Shown here piece after piece: positions 5,489 to 17,400 of a stretch of DNA of 34,556 nt. The stretch lies in IMG/VR virus record IMGVR_UViG_3300020161_002875, positions 1-34,556 of that record. One strand, 5' to 3'. The stretch's first letter is position 1, and every line of letters begins with the position of its first letter. This DNA comes from a virus. Taxonomy: Duplodnaviria > Caudoviricetes. The translations under genes were made by a program, and so were the position numbers. The notes beneath the pieces were generated by a model. That model was given only the letters and a program-made list of their open reading frames with translations. It was not told where the DNA came from and did no database searches.

Positions 5489-8400
5489 ATGACAGAAAAA
5501 AGAATTCAGTTTAATAACGTTATCCAAAATCAACTTCCTGATTATGTCAGGGAGGAATTTCCATTAGTTGCTGAGTTTTTAAAACAATATTATATTTCTC
5601 AGGAATTTCAAGGATCTTCAACAGATCTGATTCAAAATGTTGACCAATACTTGAAACTAGACACTATAAAGTCTAATGTTGAGTCAACTACACTGACTGC
5701 CGATATTACTTTCTCTGACGAAACAATAGAAGTATCCAGTACGATTGGATTTCCAGATTCATATGGATTATTGCAGATAGATGATGAGGTTATCACATAC
5801 TCGAATAAAACTTCAACTTCTTTTATTGGTTGTATAAGAGGATTCAGTGGAGTTACCTCATACAGCAACCAAAATAAACCAGAAGAATTAGTTTTCAAGT
5901 CAACAGAATCTGCAGATCACTCTAAGGAAACTGTAGAGGGTGATCTTACGAAGGTTATAAATTTAAGTTCTCTTTTCTTAAAAGAATTTTTCAATAAAAT
6001 TAAATATCAATTGACTCCAGGATTTGAAAATAGGGAGTTTTATAGTGGTCTGGATAAGTATCTGTTCCTAAAACAATCGAAAGATTTTTATTCGACTAGA
6101 GGAACTGATTTATCATTTAAAATTTTATTCAAAGTTTTATATGGAGAAGATGTTAAGATAATCAAACCACAAGAATATCTTACTAAGCCATCAGATTCTC
6201 AGTACGAAATAACTAATGATTTAGTTGTAGAAAGTATTACTGGGGATCCATATGAATTAGAGAGATCTACTCTAAAACAAGATTTGTATGGGGATATCCC
6301 TCAGGGATATGCTTCAATATCTAGAGTTGAAAAAATTTTTGCAGGGTCAGGTAAAACGTATTATAAGTTAAGTTTTGACGCTGGTTATAATAGAGATATT
6401 AGTGTTGATGGATCTCTTTACGGGAATTTTTCAATTCACCCCAAAACAAAACTAATTGGAGGAGTGCTTTCTGGGGCAAATACTTTAGATGTAGATTCTA
6501 CGGTAGGATTTCCTATCCAGGGAGAATTGTCAGTAGTATATTCTGACGGAACTGAAGGTGTAATTTCATATAGTTCTAAGAGCTTGAATCAATTTTTTGG
6601 ATGCCAAAATGTCTCAAAATCAATTTTAGATGGAACTGATATTAGTCTCAATACTTATGCTTATGGATTATCTAACAAAAATTCAAATGAACTTATTAAA
6701 GTAAGAATTACATCTGTTTTAAAAGATGTAGATATTGTTGATGATGCTTATTATTATAGTACAGGAGATACTGGAATAATAAAAACGCTTGGTGTAAACC
6801 CACCTGACGATATTGTTTCAAACAATTGGATTTTTAATATTTCTTCTGGAGTTGATGTATTATCACTATCTTTGATTGATAATATTTCTAACATTTATTC
6901 ATTAACTACTAAAATTGCACATAATCTTAAAGTTGGTGATAGTATAAAATTATTATCAAACGATGGAACAAGTGTAACATGTTCAGTTAGCAACGTATTG
7001 TCCAATAGTGTAATTGAAATAAGTGGTCAGGGAAGTTTGAATTTAACTGCATCATACTCAATTCAAAGAAATTTACTTAAAGTTAATTCTGAAAAATATT
7101 CCGATCTCGCAAACCAAATTGCAGATGTTCAAAACGTATATAAAATTGACAGTAAAACTTTAGTAGCATCTTCATCCCTGCCTTATTATAATAATCAACC
7201 CCTGAATGCCTCCAACAGATCTATAGTTTTTTCAGGAACTTTTACTGGAGACACATTTATTATATCTTTTGGAGAAGATCATGGATTCTATACTGGCGAT
7301 TCTGTTTATTATACTCCTGGTCAAGGATCTTTATTCGTAGAAGGATTATACTTTGTTAAGAGAGTTAATCAAAATAGTATAAAAATTGCTAAAAGTAGAG
7401 CAAACATTTACAATTCAACCTTCATAAATCTTACAGATTCGATTACCGTTTCCGATAGTAAGTTTGAAGATTATGATTTTCATCTTAGAAGATTAGATTC
7501 GCAAAAGATTTTAAGAGAAATCAACTCGCCGGTTGATGATGGCAAAGAATATCAAACTGCACCAGGGCCTGTAGGAATTTTAGTAAATGGAGTTGAATTA
7601 CTAAATTACAAATCAAAAGATAAAATTTTCTATGGATCAATAGAAAATATTGATATTGTAAACTCTGGTTCTGGTTATGATATTATCAATCCACCAACTT
7701 TGGTAATTAACGACTCTGTTGGCACGGGAGCAACTGGTTACTGCTCTGTTAATGGATCATTACTAGAGATTAGAATTATTGATCCTGGATTTGATTACCT
7801 AGAAGTTCCTAAAATCAATATTACTGGTGGTAATGGCGTTGGGGCAAAAGCAAGTGCTTCAATGAAATTGATTGATCATCAAGTTTCATTTAATGCAGAA
7901 TCTGCGTCTGCTTTGGTTAATTTATCAAACAACACTATTGGATTTTCAACTTTCCATAAATTCAAAAATACTGAAAAAGTATTATATAGAACTAATGCCC
8001 AAAAGGCAGTAGGAGGAATTACAACCAATTCTACTTATTACGTTTCTGTTCAGGATTCTTATGCAATTAAGTTGCATAAGAATTTTAATGATTCTATGGT
8101 GGGCATAAACACAGTTACATTAACATCTTTTGGTGTAGGAAATCATGCGTTAGAATCTTATAACAAGAAATCAGTAATATCCTCAATTAATGTTGAAAGT
8201 GTTGGTTCTAACTATCAAAATAAAAAAAGAACAACATCTTCCTCTGGAATTAGTACTTCCCTAGGAGAGATTGAAATAAAAAATCATGATTATGAATCTG
8301 GAGAAATTGTAAGGTATTCGACTAGTGGATCTCCTATTGGTGGACTTACGAATAATACAAACTATTACGTAACTAAATTAGATAAAGACAACTTTAAACT

Positions 8401-11400
8401 TTCCAGTGTTGGAATTGGCACTGGTGATCAAGATTTTTATTACAAGACAAATCAATACATCAATTTAACTTCTACTGGATCTGGAACACATACCTTCAAT
8501 TATCCACAAATATCTGTTGAAGTTGTAGGAAATATTGGCATTTCCTCAGTATTTAAAGCACAGGTTCAACCTATTTTTAGAGGAGAAGTTACTTCAATTC
8601 ATTTAGAAAATAGTGGTGTTGGTTATGGATCTTCGGAAATAATTAATTTTAGTAGAGATCCAAATGTAACACTTAATAGTGGTTCAGAATCTAAACTTAT
8701 TCCAATAATTAATGCAGGAAAAATTGTTGAAATTTTGATTAATAACCCAGGTAAAGATTATAATTCTCCGCCAAACTTAGATATTTTAACAAATGGTAAC
8801 GGAGTTGGTGCAGTTTTAACTCCAATTTTGGAAAATGGACAAATTAAATCAGTTAAGGTAATTGAGAGTGGTGTTGGATACGATAAAAATAATACTTCCA
8901 TTATTGTTTCATCTTCCGGAGTTGGAGCAGAATTAAAACCTCAACTAAAATCTTGGACTATAAATTTTGTTACGAGGTATATTAATAAAATTACTACAGA
9001 TGATGGATTTATTTTTTATAATCCAAATTCCAAATATGGACTGGAATATACGCATTTATATGCACCAAGAAAATTAAGAGAAAGTTTATACGCAAAAGAA
9101 TCTGGTGGGAAAATTCTTTATGGCAAAAATGATCTCATAAGATCAAACAATATTGAAGTTTCTTCAACAAATCATTCACCAATAATTGGATGGGCATATG
9201 ATGGAAACCCAATATATGGGCCATATGGATTTGCAAATAAAGATGGTGGATCAATAACTAGAATGAAATCTGGTTATATTCTCAAACAGATTTTAGACAG
9301 ACCTCCGTTCCCTTCTGGATTTTTTGTTGAAGATTTTGAATACAAAAATATAAATGATGATTCGGTATTAGATGAGTATAATGGAAGATTTTGTATAACT
9401 CCAGACTTCCCCAACGGAATATATGCATACTTCGTAACTATTGATGAAGAAGCATCAAGTTCATTTGGCAACTACAGATTACCAGTTTTCCCATACATTG
9501 TAGGAAATAAATTTAAATCCAAACCAAATGAGTTTAACTTCAATAGATTATCGAATCAAGATGATATTAATTTAAATCAAACAAAATGGGCTAGAAATAC
9601 AGCACCATATAATCTTCTTAAAGATAATGCTTCTTATGCATACCTACCATTAGCAAATATTTTAGACCAAACGGTAGATGTTAAATATGCATCTCCCGGT
9701 TCAATCGATAATATTGGCATTGTAACTGGAGGATTAAATTATAAGGTAAATGATAAGGTTTTGTTTGATGAGAAGGATACTGGAGGATTTGGATTTGCAT
9801 CTAAAGTTTCCAGAATTGCAGGAAAAACTGTAAATTCAATTAGTGTTGCAAGTACAGTTATCAATGAATCTGAGATTTATTCTCTTGAGGGAAGTAAAAA
9901 TTTATTCTTTATTCAATCCAATTCTCCACACTCTCTATTAAACGAAGACATTGTTTCCATTTCGGGAATTAATACAACAACATCTTTAATTGATGGATTC
10001 TACACAGTAGGGATTTCGACTAACATATTGTCAGTTTCTAGTCCATCCGGTATTTCTTCTGTTAACGTGACTGGTATTGTCACTTATATTTCTGTTTCCG
10101 GAAACCTTTCCGATATTAAAGAAAATGATATTTTCCGCATTGGAGTGGAAAAAGTTAAAGTATTAAATGTAGACAAACGTTCTTCTAGAATTAGAGTTCT
10201 AAGATCGGCCGAAGGAACAGTTGGATCGGCACATAGTTATACTGATATTTTATATGAACAACCAAGAAGATTTTCCATTAATGTTGATGATACAATCTCT
10301 TATGGTTACAAGTTAAATAGAGAGATTTATTTTGATCCTAATGAGTCCTTAGGTATAGGAACTTTATCTGGAGTTGGTATTGGTTCAACACTTTCATTCT
10401 CAAATCTCGGCGTTGGTGCATCACAAATCTTTATTCCAACGAGAACAATTTATATCCCAAATCATAATTTTAAAACTGGAGATTCTTTAGTATATTCAAC
10501 AAACACAGGAAGTGCGGTATCAATTTCCACAAATGGGTCCAATTCGGTATTACTTACAGATCAATCTACAGTTTTTGTCGCAAAAATTACAAATGATCTG
10601 ATTGGAATATCGACAGTAAAAGTTGGTTTAGGAACCACTGGAACTTTTGTTGGAATTGCAACTACAACAAATACTATGAGTACTTTGTATTTTACTGGCA
10701 TTGGGACAGGAAAGTATCATAGTTTTAAAACAAATTATCCAAAGTTAACATGCAAGGTATCTAAAAATGTTGTTACAGTTTCCACTGCACAAACGCATGG
10801 TCTAACTAATAATGATGATATATTTGTTAATGTAAATCCAGGATTATCTACTACATTTACAATTAAGTACAATGATTATAATAGAAAGGTATTGGTAAAC
10901 CCAAGATCTTTTGTCTCTGCAAATGTTAATATTAGTTCCAATTCAATTTTTATTCAAAATCATAACTTTGATAATGGACAAAAAGTTGTTTATAATGCAA
11001 CGTCTCCTTCTGGGGGATTAGTTAACAATAAAATTTATTACGTAGTTGTTTTTGATGCAAATACTGTAAAACTATCAAATTCTTATTATAGTGCGGTTGG
11101 ATTAAATCCAGAAATAGTAGATATAACATCTACATCCGATGGAACACTATCTGCAATAAATCCCCCAATTAAAGTATATAAAGATTCTACTGTAACATTT
11201 GATCTATCAGATTCTTCTCTTTCATACCAAAATGGATCTGTTCAATATTCTGCATTTGAGTTTAATTTTTATATTGATTCAAATTACACTCAAATTTTTG
11301 ATAAATCTAATTTAAGTAAAACTTTTGATGTAACTAGATCGGGTAGAATTGGTATTGATACAGGATCTAAAGTCACATTATTGGTGTCAAATAATCTACC

Positions 11401-14400
11401 ACAAAAGTTATATTATAAATTAGATCCTGTTTATGATGCAACTCTCCCCCAAGTTAAAGAAGAAATAAATGTAGATTCATCTGTTAGATCAAATAATGAA
11501 GTTCAAGTTGTCTTTAGTGGATATAATGGAAAGCATAGGATTACTTCTATTGCTTCAACTTCATTTACATATAATGTAAGAGAACTTCCAGAATCGACAA
11601 TTTATGATTCTTCATCAAGACTATCATACGAAACCACATCTTTAAGTGCCTTTGGTTCGGTTTCCAAGGTTGATATAAAATCAAAAGGGCAAAATTACTT
11701 ATCTCTTCCAAAGTTCTCTAAAGTAGTTTCTTCTAATGGAACTGGATCTATTTTAACAGCATCTGGCGAATCAATAGGAAAAATACAAAAAACAAAATTA
11801 AACGATATTGGATTTGATTTTTCGTGTGATTTTACGGTAAGACCCAATTTGTTTCTTCCTCAAATTTTAAAAATTGAACCTTTAAATTCTATTGATTTTA
11901 TTGGAATAACATCTACGGGAAGAGGATATACTACAGCACCTAAACTTATTGTTCTTGACGGAAAAAACAATCAAGTTTTACCGGAAGTAGATGTTCGTTA
12001 TTCTTTGGGAGATAATTATGTAACAATTTTAAATAATACATATAGACTCAATGATATTGCACCGTCTATTATCCCAACCCAAAATTCTAATGGAGTTGGA
12101 ATTGGATCAATTTTTTATAATTCTACAAACAAAAACGTAACTGTAACATTGTCCGTTGGGTTTAGTACAGCAAATTCTTTCCCATTTGCAGTAAATGATA
12201 AAGTCCTAATTGAAAATGTTAGTGTTGGAGTTAATACTACTGGAAAAGGATTTAATTCAGAAAATTACGATTATCAACTCTTCACAATCACTGCAGTTGA
12301 TGAAAACCTAGGGGGAATAGGTACGGTAACTTATAACTTAAGTAATTACTTATCATTAGATGAAGTTCCAGGAACATATGATCCAATTAATTCTTCGGGA
12401 AGAATAATACCGGAAAAGTATTTCCCCAAATTTAATGTAGGGTTGAAACCAAACAATTTCTCTAAAAATGAACAGGTTAGATACTCAACCCAGCAAACTC
12501 CTTTAGGATTTGTAGAAGATTGGAATGAAAAAACAAAGTATTTAAAAATTTCTTCAAGGGAAGTTATCAAAGAAGAAAATATTATTGAAGGAGTATCATC
12601 AAAAACTCAAGGAAAAATTTCATCTGCCATCAAATCTGAAGGATTTATTAATCTTGGAGCATATTCCAAGACAGAAAATGGATCGATAAAGGAAACGGGA
12701 GTTTTAAATAATCAATTACAAAGAATTCAGGATAATTTTTATTATCAAAATTTCTCATATTCACTCAAATCAAAAGTTCCTTATGATACTTGGGAAAATG
12801 CAGTTGGATCTTTAAATCACACATCTGGATTCAAAAAATTCAGCGATTATCAATTAGAATCTTTTGGTTACTCCGGAATCAGCACAGATGTTGTTTCTAG
12901 TATTGACGTTACATCTGATATAGATGGACTTGCAAATCTTAATTGTGTATATGATTTTGATCTTGCTAAAGAAAACTTCCTAATAAGTGGATCTAGAACT
13001 ATTTCTGATGAAATAACGTTTTCTAGTAGAATATTGATAGATTATTATGAATCTATCAGTAATAGAGTTTTGTCCGTTGATGATATAAGTGGAGAATTTA
13101 ATAGTAATATTAGAGCAACAAAATTTTCTATCGTCCATAGATTTTTCTTAGCAGATGCCCGAGCTCAAAAGTATGTTACTTATGTAAAGGATAGGAGATA
13201 TGATTCACAAAGACAATTGATGCTCCTTACATTATTACATGACAATAATATTGGTTACTTAAATCAATATGGTAGAGTAGAATCTGTTTACGATCTTGGA
13301 TCTTTTGATTTTGAAGTTGAAGATTCTGAGGGATTAATTCTTTTCTACCCACAAAAATATAGGGTAAATGACTACGACGTAACCACATTAACATATAATG
13401 TAAAAGATAGTTTTGTGGGAATAGGAAGTACTATTTTAGGGAATATTGTAAGTTTAGAAACAAATACAACTTTTGTTTCATCTGGTTCAACAACAATTAT
13501 TGGAATTGGAACTACCTATACTTCATCCAAAATATTGGTAGAAATTTCCGGAAATGGGGGGCAATACCAATTTAATGAGTTAAATTTAATTCACGACGGA
13601 ACAAATATCGAACTTCTTGATTATGGGCAATTAACAAGTCATTCTACAGATTCATTCTCAAGTTCCGGTTTGGGGACTTATTATGCTTATTTTTCGGGAA
13701 CAAAGTTAAAAATCGATTTCACTCCAAACGTAGGATTAGCGGCTTCTATAAGTACCATTCAAGTTGCAATTGCTGATACATCAGTATCTGGAATTGGTAC
13801 TTTTGACATCAAATATGCAAGATTTGGGGCAACAACTACTTCTATTGCATCTACAACATTCCCAACACAAAATATAATTGCAGAGTATCCAGATACTTAT
13901 GGTGGAGGATACTTCATAGTTCAGGTCTCTGACATCACTAACAATAGGCATCAGTTATCTGAAGTCATTGTTATTGATGATGGCAATGATTCTTACTTTA
14001 CAGAATTTGGAAATATTGAAACACATTCGGGTCTTGGAACTGTTGGAGCAGCAAAATCCACGAGCTCAACCAAATTAACATTCACTCCACTTCCAAGCAT
14101 CGATACCCAAGTTAAAGTATTCTTCAATTCTCTTACAAATTTTGATGAAAATAATGTGATATCCCAATATAATAACTCTACTGCAACAACTGATTATAAT
14201 GTTTACTATGGTACAGAAAAAGATTCTAAATTATCTTTTGACTTAAAGCATCAGGGTAATCCCATTTTCAAAAAATATTTTGATGGGAGTAGTTCTTCAG
14301 TAGTAAGTATTGCATCAAGTACTATTAAAATTCAAAATCACTTTTTCGTGACTGGGGAAAGTGTTACTTATTCGGCAGGAATACCTACTGCTACAACAGT

Positions 14401-17400
14401 CCCAATTGGCATTGCATCGACTGATTTTGGTGTTGGAATTGGAATCACCAACAAACTTCCATCAACAGTTTATGTTATTAAAATTGACGAAAATAATATT
14501 AAATTGGCAAGGAGTGCGGAAGATGCTTTAAAAATAATTCCAAAACCATTAAACATAACTTCGGTTGGTATTGGCACAAGTCACTCATTTACTTCATTCA
14601 AACAAAATGAAAAATTATTAATTTCTATCGATAATGTAATTCAGTCTCCTGTAGCATTAACATCAACTACTACATATCTATCGGCAAATTTACGTTCTGT
14701 CGATGACCTATTGTATTCAGACTCGATTCTAGGTTTATTTGCAGGCGATTTATTGCGTATTGATAATGAAATAATGAAAATAGAATCTGTTGGAATTGGA
14801 TCCACAAATACTATTCGCGTTTCAAGACCTTGGATGGGAACAAAAATTTCAAGTCACTCCATTGGAACTTCAATCACTAAAGTAAATGGAAATTATAATG
14901 TGGTTGATAATAAAATCAATTTCGTCGAAGCACCTTATGGAAATATTCCTTTTGGAACAACGACTGGTTCCAATGACGAGAGGGATTGGGTAGGAATTAC
15001 CTCATCTTCATATTTCCACGGAAGAGTATTCTTGAGATCTGGCATTACAAATTCTTCCAACGAATCATATGATAAAAATTATATTTTTGATGATATTTCT
15101 TCCAAATTTAATGGGTCACAAAATACATTCTCTTTAACGTCAAACGGTTCAAATCTTATTGATATTTTTGAGAGAAATGCGATAGTATTGGTAAATGAAA
15201 TTTTCCAACAACCTGGATTGACAAAAAATTATACATTGAATGAGTCTGCTGGAATTACTACAATATCATTTGTTACATCTACATCTTTCCAGGTTTCCGA
15301 TATAAATTCATCAAATTCCCCAGCAGGTGGAATAATAGTTTCTGTTGGATCTACTAAAGGTTTTGGATATCAACCTTTAGTTTCTGCTGGTGGCACTGCA
15401 GTCGTATCATCTGCGGGAACCATCTCCGCAATTAGTATTGGAAATAGTGGATCTGGTTATAGATCTTCAATTCAAACTTTAAGTGGAATCGCAACTGTTG
15501 CTGTAAGAGTTGGTGTTTCGACATCAACAACAGGAACTCCAAATATTCAATTTATCGGCACTGCAGCAGTTAGTAATGGCAATATTGTAAGTATTGCCAT
15601 TACTAATCCCGGAATTGGTTATACCACTTCTAACCCACCGTATGTGATTATTGATGCGCCACTTTCTTATTCAGATGTACCTTTAATTTATAGTGCATCT
15701 TCCTCTGGCATAGGAACTAGAGCAACGATAGATGTTGTAGTTGGACAAGGATCCAGTATTATTGAATTTGAAATTAAAAACACTGGATATAGTTATAAAC
15801 CCGGAGATATATTAACTGTTCCAGTCGGTGGAGCAACTGGGATACCAACTACACCAAACTCTGTTTTGGAAGAATTTAAGATTACTATAGAAAATGTAGA
15901 CAGAGATAAGTTTTCCGGATGGTCTATAGGAGAATTGCAGGTATTTGATGACATTCAGCAATTATTTGATGGAAATAGGATTATTTTCCCATTATCCCTT
16001 GATGCGAATTCTATTTCAGTATACGCTCAAAAAGGATCTTTAATCAACATTCAAGACGTTCTCTTAGTTTTTATTAATGATATTCTCCAGGTTCCAGGTA
16101 AAGGTTATATCTTTAATGGTGGAAGTAAGATACAATTCACAGAAGCTCCACAACTAGATGATACTTGCAAGATTTTATTCTATAAAGGAAGTGGAGAAGG
16201 CATTGATGTTGTATTCAGGGACGTTGTTGATAGTGTTAAGATAGGTGATGATTTGCAATTAACTTATGATTCTTTTAACGAACAATCACCAAATCTTTTG
16301 GAAAATGAAAGAAAGGTTGTCGATGTATTATCAATTGAAGCAGTAGAAACCAACCCATATTTTGGTCCAGGAAATACCTCAAATACAACTCTTACAAGAC
16401 CAATAAATTGGATTAGACAAACTGAAGACTTAATTATTAATGAAAAGGAGATTGGTAAGGACAGAGAATTTTATGAACCACTCATCTATCCAACTACACA
16501 TATAATTCAATCAATTGGAATTGGTTCGACAACAATTTTTGTCGAAAACCTAAGACCATTTTTCAATCCATCTAATGAAAATTCAATTTCTATAAATTTC
16601 CAAAATAATATTACTATCGTCTCTCAAGACTCCAAAGTTTCAGCAAGTGCAACTGCAATCGTATCTGCTGGAGGAACCATTACTTCCATTGAAATTTTAG
16701 ACGGCGGTTTTGGTTACGAAACTGCACCCATAATTACGATTCAAAAACCAATTGGAATTGGTTTGACAACTTCTACTGCGATTTCGTCCATAACTTCTGG
16801 AATTGTTACCTCAATTTCCATTACTGGAGTTGTTACTGGGTATTCCCAATCAAACCCACCAATAGTATTGATAGATCCTCCAATAGTTGATACGGAAAGT
16901 AACAGAGTTGTGTCTTATGAAGGAGATTTTGGAATTATCAGTGGAATATCAACAATTTCAGTTGGCATCGCTTCTACCGGAATAGTTTTTGACTTCGTTA
17001 TTCCCCAAGATTCTCTATTAAGAAAGGGATTAATTACTGGAATTACAACAATAAGCGGAATACAGACCGGATACTATTTTGTTATTTCTAATTCAAATAT
17101 TGGAAATGGAGTTACATCTATAAATTCTTATGGATCAATAGTTGGATCTGGGACTAGTTTCCTTGATGGTGTATATGAAGTTTCTTCTGTTTCAATTGCA
17201 CAAACTTCTGCAGTTGGATTTGGTGTAACTTATGTTGCCAAGGTAACAGTCAGTGTAACCAATTACAATGGATTAAGTGGAATTGGGTATAGTAATAATT
17301 ATGGAAACTTCAGTTGGGGTAAAATTTTACTGAGATCCAGATCGAAACAAAATTCATACAATGCATATCCAAATAATGGATACTCGGGAATCTCTACTGG

